NCBI RefSeq assembly: GCF_009834535.1
Contig: NC_045697.1
Location: 69,256,001 to 69,320,000 of the forward strand
Length of the DNA stretch: 64,000 bases
Direction of reading: 5' to 3'
Source: Camelus ferus
Lineage: Eukaryota
Position 1 is the first letter of the stretch, and the number at the start of each line of letters is the position of its first letter. Below, piece after piece: positions 25,876 through 37,282 of the stretch. The notes beneath the pieces are model-generated. The model was not told the origin of the DNA and made no database searches. It saw only the letters and a program-made list of their open reading frames with translations. The position numbers and the translations under genes are program-made.

Positions 25876-26929
25876 GCAACTCCCACATACGTGTCCGTCA
25901 CTGGTGCTCCTAGTGCCAGCACACCTGCTCGCATCTGCTGCCACCAAGGGAGCTGCGCACTCATGCCAGGTGAGCTGCGGTTCCTTTCTAGGCCAATCAT
26001 ATTTGCTTTGCATTTATACTTGCTAAGCACCATGTAAAAGCAATTAACTATGAATGTCAAAAAGGAGACATTTCTCTAAAAACTAAGTTAAATGCCTTGT
26101 AAAAGCTCAGTGAAAGCAAACCATGAAAAAAGTCTGCTGGTGAATCAGGTGTGGGAGAGACAAGTATAAAAGACTAGGAAAATTCTGGAAGGATCCTGAA
26201 CGTAGATTATTTTGCAAGTATTGCTAAATTCTAGATCTGCCTTAAAGAAATACAAATGGTGATAAATTATGGCTGAGTTTATAGAAGAAAAATACTTCTG
26301 TTAGAGGATCCTTCCTGAAGGTCTTGGGCCGACATCAGAACATTTTTGGTCCTCAAAATTTTACAGCAAGTGACAAACCACTGGGAGAAAAATATCGGGG
26401 TCTCCATGTGCACATCACTTGCTGGGAAACATCAAAATGCTAATCAACATGTTGCTCAGAAATTATGTTTTCATTTAAAATAAAACGTCTAAAGTATGGG
26501 TCATTTATCATGTATCCTCATCATCTTAATTGAGCCTTCAGGTTATCCAGTCGCCAGTCCTACTCAGTTTCACAACAGGGCTGCAACTCTGCATATGCTC
26601 GTGTTTTCACACAACTGGACATGCTCAATGGAGTTACAAAGCTCCCACTAGATAATATATGCAAATCACATCTGTTCCTTGCCTGGTGTTTAATATACTT
26701 ACATTTTATAAACACACATATATATAAATTTACACATAAAAACTTTGAGACTTAAAAAGTTTTTAAATGTCTTTAGGGAGTTTCCTAATTTTGTCCCTAA
26801 AATAATACATACTTTCGGAATAACTGAATTTGTACCTTTGTGTATACATTCATAGCATTTGGTCTGTGTCTCCTATATAGTTATAGAATATTAAAGCACA
26901 ATATTGGGCTTTAAAGATAAAGGAGAGCA

Positions 26930-27790
26930 AGTAATTGGCAAAGGACTTGAATACACATTTCTCCAAAGACATACAAATAGCCACTAAGCACATGGAAGGA
27001 TGCTCAGCATCACTAATCATTAGGGAAATGTAAATCAAACTGCAATGAGATACCATCTCACACCCTATAGGATGGCTACCAGCCAAACCCCCCCCCCCAA
27101 AAAAAAAACAATGTTGGCAAGGATGTAGGGAAACTGGAACCCTTGTACACTATTGGTGGGAATGTAAAATGGTACACCTGCTGTGGAAAATAGGATGAAG
27201 GTTCCTACAAAAATTAAAAACTAGAAGTACCATATGACCCAGCAATTCTATTTCTGGGTATATACCCAAAAAGACTGAACGCAGGGTCTCAAAGAGATAT
27301 TTCTACACTCATATTCATTGCAACATTATTCACAAGAGCTAAAACATAGAAGCAACCGAGTGTCTATCAGTGGATGAACAGATATGCAAAATGTGTATAT
27401 ACATATGATGGAGTACTATGCAGCCTTAAAAAGGATGGCAATTCTGCAATATACTACAATATGGATGAACCTTAAGAACATTAGGCTAAGTGAAGCAAGC
27501 CAGTCACAAAAAGACAAATACTGCATGATTTGATTTATATGAGGTACCTAGAACTGTCAAAATCACAAAGACAGAAAGTACAATGGTGGTTTCCAAGGGC
27601 CAGGGGAGGGGAAAATGTAGAATTATTGTTTAATAGGTACAGAGTTTCAATTCCACAAGATGCAAAGAGTGAAGGGATAGATGGTGGTGATGATTACCTA
27701 ATTGTAAGTATATTCCATACCACCAAACTGTACACTTACAAAATGGTTAAGATGGTAAATTTTATGTGTATTTTAACACAATAAAGAATA
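26930..27790 (+). mobile_element. L1 (L1MB-like) ORF2 end plus 3'UTR
   Basis: ggcaaaggacttgaatacacatttctccaaaga...atcactaatcattagggaaatg...tgacccagcaattc...aaaatggttaagatggtaaattttatg. Confidence 0.92.
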
Positions 27791-28559
27791 GAATGGTGCT
27801 TTCCTTATTTCTAATTTAATTAGAGGGCTAAATGCATCTTGCACATGGCAGATGAAAGGCTCTGGGGTGTGTGTTCAACTTCGCTGGCTCCAGACCCACA
27901 ATACTGTTAAACAACCTGGCTGACACAAATCACCATCTGGAGCCTCCACTGAAGCTACAGTGCCCATTGTCACCAGCCCCATCTGTGTCTGTGTGCATGG
28001 CTGTGTGTGTGTTGTGTGTGCATGCATGCATGTACAGGGAAAGTCAGGGGCTGTCCAACAACTCAGAGATCCAACCTGATGGAGTCCAGCAAATAGGAGA
28101 TCCTCATTCACGGCCAAAGGATGAAAAGGGCACTGCACAACACAGTCTGACCCTCAGACTGGCCAGACCACAAAATGAATGGCAGTGACCACGGAGGAGG
28201 TGGGGTGTCACATCTCTGCATTTTTTTTGTTGGTAATGAAAGCAACAAGTGTTAAAAGCTTGAGAAAGCAGATCAGAGATGGAGGCACAAAATAAGACAC
28301 AAGGAAATTATAACTTCTAAGTGGCAACAAAAAAATGGGATGGAGGAAAAAGAACTTTTTTAGCGGTGATCAGAAAATTTCTGAAGAGATGGCACGTCTT
28401 CAAACACAGCTGTGCCATACAGTGGAACTGAAATGTAGTCTGGAATGAGAAGTACCTAAGTGATAACATGGATCTCAGTTGTATTCTTCCAAGGCAGTCT
28501 CATGCACAAAGTCCTATGTTCCAAGACGGAACGGTGGAGGTGCACGGTGGACATCTGTG

Positions 28560-29065
28560 GTGATTGCCCCACGCAGCAGCCCTGCCCAGTCCTTCCCGTG
28601 TGGTTTGAGTGGGACGGGGAGGTATAGACCCAGGGTAGGTAATACTGCCTCCTTTGACTCAGTGACTAAGACCACAGAGGTCAGGAGGGGTGACTGAGTT
28701 TATCTGAGTCAATGCCCATCAGATGTAGAACTAAGTTGAAACTACTAAAAAAAAAAAAAAAAAGAGGCTTCCTCTTTCTGCTCACATCCTATAGGGTGTG
28801 AGATGGTATCTCATACAAAACTACAGAAGCTGGTGGCTGTTTCTGCTTGGGGCAAGCTTGCCTGAAAATGAAGCCAACAGGGAAAGGAAGGGCAAGAAAG
28901 GGAGAGACATTTCTGATATCGTCAGAGCAGCTGGATACAGCCAGTGCCAAAAGCAATGCCCCTAGACTTTTCCATTATATGAATCAATAATTTCCTGTTT
29001 TTGCTTAAACCAGTTTGATTAAGGTTTCGGTTTCATGTCATTGAAATTAGTCCTGACCAATTCAA
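28560..29065 (+). mobile_element. Old MaLR LTR (MLT1-type)
   Basis: gcttgcctgaaaatgaagccaaca...ctggatacagcc...aatcaataatttcct...tgcttaaaccagtttga. Confidence 0.7.
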
Positions 29066-29264
29066 GGTGTAAATGGCTGTAATATATTGCTTCCATTTAA
29101 CTATACTGCTTACAATCCATGCTGTGGAACACAGGATTTATCCCTACACGTAAGCCTCATAGCCTTAGTGGGCTCAGCCCAGATTATTCCAAAAGGCAGA
29201 AGGAAAATGCAATCCAACTGGGGACACATGTGATTATTATGATACAATATTGACAACATTAATA

Positions 29265-29675
29265 GCAAACAGTTATTGAACATCACTAGGTGCTTATGCC
29301 AAATGCTTTATATAACTCAACCTTCACAATGTTTTAAAGAAGTAGTCTCGTTATTTCTATTTTAAATATGGGGAAACCAACTCAGAGAGGTTTAAGAAAC
29401 TTGCCCAGAACCAGAGACAAATGGTGGTGTCCCAGAGCAAGAATGAACCGAACTAGGTGGGAGGGTATAGCTCAAGTGGTGGAGCACATGCTTAGCATGC
29501 ACGAGGTCCTAGGTTCAATCCTCAGTATCTCCTCTAAAAATAAATAAATAAACCCAATTACCTCCCCCCTCAACAAAAAATTAAAATAAAAATTTTTTAA
29601 AAAGAATGAACCAAACTAGAATATTCTAACTCTAACTAGAACATTCGCTCTTCACCACTATGCTCTACTGCCTCC
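29265..29675 (-). mobile_element. MIR SINE split by a Vic-1-type SINE
   Basis: attttaaatatggggaaaccaactcagagaggtttaagaaacttgccc before the insertion and gctcttcaccactatgctctactgcctc after it. Confidence 0.7.
29457..29601 (+). mobile_element. tRNA-Ala-derived SINE (Vic-1 type), long form with an 18-bp TSD
   Basis: gagggtatagctcaagtggtggagcacatgcttagcatgcacgaggtcctaggttcaatcc. TSD aagaatgaacc(g/a)aactag at 29439-29456 and 29602-29619. Confidence 0.93.
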
Positions 29676-30177
29676 AGAAGATCCCATGTGCCACAGACAA
29701 CACACAGCTCGGTTCTGCCACGCCACACAAAGGCTCAGCCGCTCTGCGGTGCCCTGAGCCACCCTCACCACAGCGACAAATGTCAACACGTCATGGAGTA
29801 GCCCTTGGAGAGGTGGCTTTCCAACTGCAGGGAGCAAACTGTAAGTGGGCTATGAAACCAACTGAATGAATGGGAACAAGCAGTATGTCCTTTGACCAAA
29901 TAGAAAATAAAATATCAGAACACAGTGGATAAGAGTAAATATTGCTTTGCAAAACCTTTTTTGTTATGCCTACATACCCATTGATATATGTATATACTGG
30001 GTCATGACGTAAAACATATCTTACTACAGATTACTGTCAAAAGATTTTTAAGCCGTTAATAAACAAAAGGCTCTGTGCATGCTGGCTGTAAAACCACCTA
30101 CACTGGGACCCACAGGGTCAGGACTGGGGAGGAAGGCAGACATTAAAACGAGATGGCCTCAAGAGTTGAAGAAATTT

Positions 30178-30268
30178 GGGGGGTGGGTACAGCTCAGTGG
30201 TAGAGTGGGTGCCTAGCATGCGTGAGGTCCTGGGTTCAATCCCTAGTACCTCCAAAAAAAAAAAAAAA
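30178..30268 (+). mobile_element. tRNA-Ala-derived SINE, short form (tRNA body plus polyA) with TSD
   Basis: ggggggtgggtacagctcagtggtagag...ggttcaatccctagtacctcc followed by polyA. TSD core agttgaagaaa at 30164-30174 and 30269-30279. Confidence 0.92.
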
Positions 30269-31132
30269 AGTTGAAGAAAATTAAAACTGACCTACACTGC
30301 AATACATCTTCATGAAGCAATCCTTTAAATGAGCCCACTGGACTCCCCGGGAGAACTTTTGTTCCTTCACTAAATATTAGAGACCATGAATCCCTTCACA
30401 AAACCCTCAATCTCTGATGATGTTTATGTAGCTGAAAAGAGTGATGGTGGTGGTATTAAAACAGAACGCCCTGTGTGTAAACTAGCGAGGCTCACAGCCT
30501 GGGCAGCACCACAGACGTGAGGCTGAAGCTTAAAGTCACTGGGACAACTTGCATTTGCAGGGGAAAGAAACAGACAAGCACAGCAGCAGCCCTGACTGGG
30601 TTAGAGAAACATCAGGCTCCATCTTCCTCCCTCGTTCCTTGCGTGGTTCCCGGGGTAAAGCAACGCAGATGCCAAGGGGCTTCACATCCCACATGAAACT
30701 CCCCCGGAGGCTGACTGGCTCCCCTCCTCATCCTAGGGGGAGGAAACTTCTTAAACTTTTATTAAACTGTTGTCATAAATCGCTTATGAGAGCAAAGTAA
30801 CATCTTTTATCACTTTCCCTTTACTTCCTAATGGCAAGAGGGGGGCCTGTGCCTGCTTCAGAGCCTTGAGCCAAAAATCAGCTGGCTGCACATTTCCAGT
30901 CATTAACCATTGAACTGGCAGCACTGAGGAAGCTCATTTTATTACAGGCTCATCCATAATATATTTTATTTGAACCCTGTACAGACTGAATTGGTTAGCA
31001 TGACTTAATTCGTCCTAGAGCTTAAATTCCCTCGTGTGTCTCCAAAGTTGCATTATTAATTTCTCCCCCATACAGTAAGCTGTTTAACCTCGTCAAGTGA
31101 GGAAATACTGGTTCGTATAAGGTATTTAGATC

Positions 31133-31318
31133 CTGTGGTTCTGAACCTTTTGTAGGTTATGGGTCCTCCTTTGAGTATCTAATAAAACCTACAGGCCCTC
31201 TCTCAAGAAAACTACACAGGTATACAGATTTTGCTAGGATTTTAGGGAGCTCATAGACATCCAGAAAGCCCTCCATGGTCTCTTAGAAAGAATATAACCC
31301 TAGGTTAATATTCTCAGT
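31133..31318. mobile_element. hAT-Charlie-like MITE relic
   Basis: ctgtggttctgaaccttttgtaggttatgggtcc...ctttgagtatctaataaaa...ctaggttaa resembles Charlie-family termini. Confidence 0.5.
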
Positions 31319-31784
31319 CCTAATCTCTATCACCTTTTATAGTATTAAACATATTTGTAGCAAAAAAATCTTCCCACATACTTATACTAAAAAAAAAAAA
31401 AAAAAAAAAACCTGCGCACTTATAGAGTTACGTGATTTCTCTCAAACACATCCCAAAAGATACAATGAACAAAACAGTGGTGTCAATATCTCCTACTTAA
31501 CTCTAGTATACTTCAGAAATCAATATTCAGTTATTTAGGACCATGCTTAGTGCTGAAAGAGAAATTTTTAAAAAAGAGAAGTTTCAGTCCTCCATCTTAA
31601 CAAAACCAAAACATGAAGCAATGGTAGAAAAAGAAGTCCACACACAGTTACATGCTAACTCATGTGGCAACAGCTAAAGGTTTAATGGGAATTAGACCTT
31701 ACTTTTCATTGATCTTCACAGCAAACACGCAGAAGCTTTTCTGCTTTAGAGTCTGTTTCCTTTCTTCTGGTTACATCATCTTGA

Positions 31785-32170
31785 TGTTTGTTGGGGGAAT
31801 GCGCTGTGCCCTAGGGTGACATGGGAGGGATGTGACCCAACCCTGGTAATCACAGCATTCCACCTACCTTGCCACAATGATTGGTTTGAAAATAGCAAGT
31901 GCTCAAAGTGAGTCCAATGAGACTCAGTACTGGAACTTCTGCTCAAGTCTTTGGCAAGAGAAACCCTCATTTGCTAGGATTATTAAATGCAGGAAAGATG
32001 CCAGCAGTTGCTGGTAGCCATCTTGAAACCATATGGGGATACCCTGACCAAGAATGACATCAACCCAAGAGAAAGCAGAGCCAAGAAATGGACAGATCCC
32101 TTATGACGTAGTTTGATCACTGGATACAGCTGTAGCTGAAGCTCTTTCAAGTGTATGAGTTAATAAGCTC
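31785..32170 (+). mobile_element. Old MaLR LTR (MLT1-type)
   Basis: gtgagtccaatgagactc...gctggtagccatcttg...gaaagcagagccaagaaatgga...ctggatacagctgtagctgaagc. Confidence 0.7.
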
Positions 32171-34279
32171 CAACCTCATGGAGTCCATCCGTCACCACAG
32201 TAATTTCAGGTTCTACACTTCTCCACCCGCTTTCCTATCACTAGTTCACACCACCAGGAATTTGCTAAGTTGTCCTGTAACATAGCAGATTTAAAATGAT
32301 CAACGACCCATTTATTGTTACTTTACTTGATGCCACTACAATACTAGTCAACAAAACAATGGTCTTTATTTAATTACAGGCATGAATTCTCAACATTTTA
32401 CTTAATACGGATTTATTTGAAAGACTTTTTTCTGAGCTAACATCTTAAAATGTAACAGTAAGAAAAAACATTGCTAGATAACACTAGAAATATGAAAGTA
32501 TCTGATTTATTGTCTAAAAGTAATAGAGTAAATTACGTAAAAGCTGAAACAACATGATAGCATTTTAGGGCCAACCTAAATCTCCAAGAGGGAAAAAAAA
32601 AAATTAAAGTCCAAGGCTAAAACACTAAAATGGATCTTAAAGAAGTGAAAACAAGACATTAAGTCCTCGACAGTTTTAAAACTGTTATCCCCAGGTGGCG
32701 GCATTACAGAAAAGTAGAACAAAATGAATCTTGTGTCTTTCCCAAATTATCTACCCAGATCATACTGTCTTGATAAGGGGGAAAAAATTGAGCTTTAAAA
32801 AAATTAAAGACCAGCTAATGATATAGACTGAAAATAATAACATACTTCTCCTTCAAAATGTTGTAAGAATGGATACACTTCATAAAAAAATTTTTTCATA
32901 TCCTTTTACGGGGGAAAAAAAAAAACTTTAAATGATGAAATTGGCATTTCTTGTATTTTCAGGTACGTATCCAGAAAGCTTCTGGGGATCACCAGATCGG
33001 GGGTCAAAACAACTCACTGCCAGTTTGGGCAAGACTACACCAAAACAAATTTCAGACTTTGGCTGGTTCTTCTCCAAAAGTCTCCCAAAGAAAATGTCAA
33101 AAGCATTTGTGGTGATATGTTAAAAATGCTAACGAGATCTTGCAATCAACAAGTTTTACTCAAAGTGTAACTTCAATTCCATTTTCTACTTGATCCCTTC
33201 AAAAGTAAAATTTTCTTTGCGTTATAAAAATTAACATCTTGTCCCAACTTCCCCAAAAGGATATAAAGTATCTGGTTGTGTAACTGCCTTTTAATTTTTT
33301 AGCTGCATTTTTCAAAATTTGAAACTCATCTTGATTTGAAACATGAGCCTACTGATTCCGAAAGCCCTGCTATGATTTAGTCAAGTTCAGTGTCTCACAC
33401 TTTGTGTGCCTGCAGCATGAACCATTATAGAGAAAGTTTATTAAAAGTTCTCATTTCACATTACAAATCCATAATCTAACATACTAATTATATTCATTAA
33501 AATGAATGGTGATGGAACATCCATAAACGTCATTATACACAATCATCATTAAAATTCACTGTGGAATCATCGCTTCAAAATCTCATCTCGAACACACAAA
33601 ACTATTTGAAATTACTATATTATCTTTATTTCTAGCTTAAACTTGGTTAAATGCCCCCTCAGGCTTTTTATTTAAGTATAATGAGGCAACAAGCCCTAAA
33701 ATATTCCATCACCACCGATATAAACTCTGTTAACATGCATGAATTCCAAATGAAAACAAAAGTTTCAGCTTGGACCTTTAAGTCAGATCCACAAATATGA
33801 GAAAGAATCCTCTGAAAGATCAAGTCTTGCTTTCTAAAGAAAAGACTTTGGGAGAACGCATGTGTATCTGAGTTACCAAATAATTCCATGCCCATGTTCA
33901 CAGTGAGGGTTGCAGGGAACATGTGGATTATGGGCATTATTATGAAACCCCATAGAAAAATACCCTGTGTTCTGCTAGAAGCATTTAGGCATTGGATGGT
34001 TATAATAGAAACAGCCTGTGAAAACCAGAAGTTTCCTCAATCCAAGCCCCTGACACCTGACTGGACCACACACACATGAGAAAGTAACAAGAAGGGTGAG
34101 TTATAGCCACACACAACGCTTCCCAGTGGAACTGGAGATGGTCAGTTTTCTCATCTGAGTGCTGGTCACACAATTATGTTCAATTTGTGGAAACCCACCA
34201 TGAGAAGCACTTTTCTGTACGCACATCATACTTCATAACCCACAAGGGTCTCCACGTCTTCTTCAATGTCCCTTCTCAC

Positions 34280-34675
34280 CATTCGCTCCAGCAATACAGG
34301 TCTACTTTCTACTCCTTGACCACACCACGCAATTTCCCACCTCAGCCCTGGATTAGTAAACCTGTGCCTTCTCCTTTTATAGAGAGTGGTTATTCCATCA
34401 TGCAGGGGCTCATTTGGATGACATCTCCTCAGACAAGTCTTTTCTGCCCACCCTTGCTAGTCTTGACTACGTCACCTATTTATTTCCCCTGTCATCTCAC
34501 TTACCACGTCCTGCAATTATCTTTTAATTGCATTTGTAGTCGTTTTTCAGCCGTTCCCCCTACTAGAATGTATGCTTCATGAGAATGGAGACCAAATACA
34601 TCTTTTCCACTTGTGTTCCCCCAGCGTAAGGCCTTGAACATCAGTGTTCAAAAGCAAGTTGCCTGAACGAATAAA
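34280..34675 (+). mobile_element. L2 LINE 3' end
   Basis: cccctactagaatgtatgcttcatgagaatggagacc...ttttccacttgtgttccccagcg...tgaacgaataaatg. Confidence 0.65.
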
Positions 34676-36579
34676 TGGTACCTCGCATCAAAAAATGTCC
34701 CAGTTATTATGCTAAAAGGTAGATGAAAAAAAAAAAACAAGTAGTTAAAATTAAGAATTAGTTTGAAATGAAGCAGAATAAAAACCATGTTCTCAGACTG
34801 CTTCCACATACCGTGCTTTACTCACCACCACCAGCACTGGAATCACAATGCTGAAGACAAAACAACACACTAACAGCTACTCAGAAGTTTAACCTACCCT
34901 TTAAAAAGATCTACCACATTATTAGGATGTTATTAGAAAAAAAGACAATCCTGTTAATTCATTTTTTTCTTCCTGTAAAAAGACTGGAAAATCACTTCAG
35001 GCACTTGCGTGCACACACACACACACACACAGTGCTGCCGGGAAGGGCTCTCCAGCACTGGACTGGTATCTCCAGCTACAACCCAACCCACTGGGGACTC
35101 CATAATCCTTATACACACCCTTGGCCTGAGATACAGACACTGCATGCCAAATTTGTGGGTGGGAAAGCCAATTCTATCCTTCCTGCAGAAGGATATATGG
35201 ACAATCATTACACAGCTTCAGGATGACCCATGCCTTCCTGTCTCAGGAAGCTCCCAGAGGCTCTCTAATCGCCTCCGGTTCCTCAGTGCAGCCGGCTTCA
35301 AACTTTGAGATGATGAAGCACCTGGCAGTCATGCTGCCCATTGAGGAAAAACATGAAATACTTCGTTTCTTCTTATGAATCAGGAACACTTTTTCTGGCA
35401 GAAGAGGCAGAATATGAATGCAATGTAAAACCACAGCCTAAAACCGTGTGTGCTCAACAAAATAACAGAGTTATTGAACTCATTGGCTGGTTGAGTTTTT
35501 TCGTTAATAATCTTTTGCAACTTACACTCATGTCTGCTAATATTCAGTAGGTATGTGGTAGCTGATGCCAAAGGCTTAAGAAAAGTTGGCAAGAGAAAAA
35601 CTTGCAACTGAAAAAATTATTTCTATTAACCCTTTTTTTTTTCTTCTGTGGATAGGGATAGGTGATTAGCTATGTTTAGCAATAAAATTGCTGAGTTGGA
35701 AGAACATCTATGAATCACTGCCTTAAGGGAAGTCTTCTAAAGTCCAGTTACTATCACCCTTTGCTAAAAATAAGTAAATATATGTATATATTCATCTTTA
35801 TATTTATAAAATATTAAACATATTTTCTTTAATCTTTAATATTGATATAAAGATAATAAAATAAACATAAGAAAAATATATATACACTCTACACTGGGAA
35901 GAAACTTCTAATTCTCACCAAGTTTATTCTTATCAAAAGGTAACTGAAATGGCTATTCTAAAATAACTTTGTTAAAAATTATACCAATATTTTGAAAGAA
36001 CTAATAAGCAAAACAATCCCTACAACCACACTGTATTATGATGTGCACAAATGTTAAATATGAAGTAATCTGAAAGCTGATTACACAGAAAATCTTTAAT
36101 TACATACTTTTACTGGGGGTGGCTAAAGTCAAAGCAACTAATAGACATGAAAGGATGTGTTTGATGGTAATGTCTTCAAAATACATAAAGACATCATAGT
36201 AAGTTTAGTCATAATAGCACTTTTCTAAATAGGGTACACGCTTGACAGTGACATAAGGCACAAACAGGTCTGAGGTCTTCAAAAATGACACCAATGCAAC
36301 TGAAGCAGAAGAAAAATGCACAAACAGGATTAAATTTTGACACAGAAAAAAGAGAGGGCAGCATCTGGAAGTTCTGGCAGGCTAGTAAGAACAAACACTG
36401 GCAGGCACACAAATTCGACAGTCTCTGATCAAAGCTGGGTGGCTTCAATTTGGGAAGCCGACTTTTCTCTTAGAATAACGTGTTTATCAGAAAAAGTCAG
36501 CAGGTAACTATAATGAATACAGCAGTAACCGTCCTATCCAAGTAGTTTTTAAAGTCACACACTTAGAAATGTATTTAAG

Positions 36580-37282
36580 AATTTCAAATCATATATGTAG
36601 ATACTCTGTCCACAAGGGGAGGGGAGCCGTAACTCCCTGTTCCTCTAGTATGGGCTTTATATAGTGACTTCCTTCCAGTGAGTATAGCAGGGGAGGGGGT
36701 TAGGAGTAACGGCAGAGAAACATGGCAGACCCTCCATCAGCCAAGTGCCAAGGCCAACGTCAGCAATGGTAAGTCATGCTGATAATAGTAGTATTATGTA
36801 GTGGTGTGACAACAGCACTTTACCTCTGTGGTCTTCCCCAAAAAACCATGACCTCAGTTGAATCATGAGAAAAACATCAGACAAACCCTCATGGAGAGGC
36901 ACACTACATAATACCTCAGTGGTTTTGAGAAGATCCTCAAGACTGTCAAGGTCATCAAAAACAAAGGTCTAAGAAACTGTTGCAGACGAGAGGAGCCTAA
37001 CAAATCACGATGATTAAGTGAAAATGTGGGGTCTTGGATGAGATCTTGGAATAGAAAAGGACATTAGGTAAAAACTAGGGGAATCTGAATAAAGTATGGA
37101 CTTTAGTGTCTACACATATTTATGTATAGATACCAGCTCATTAACTGTAATCAATATACCACAATGAGACATAAGATGTTAATAACGGGAAACTGGGTAA
37201 GGGGTAGAAGGGGGCTCTGTACTATCTTTGCAGTCTTTTTGTAAATCTGAAACTCTTCTAAAAAATGAACTTTATTTTAAAA
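36580..37282 (+). mobile_element. L1MC-like 3'UTR
   Basis: atagtgacttccttcca...aatcatgagaaaaacatcagacaaaccc...ctcaagactgtcaaggtcatcaaaaacaa...ctgaataaagtatggactttag...tgtaaatctgaaact. Confidence 0.85.

Noticed and set aside
32941..32968. Recursive-splice-like site (tttcttgtattttcag|gtacgt)
   Set aside because: It is on the plus strand, antisense to TSPAN5, and I have no evidence of a plus-strand transcript.
35775..35885. AT-rich imperfect palindrome (atctttatat...atataaagat)
   Set aside because: Low-complexity AT DNA produces such stems by chance.
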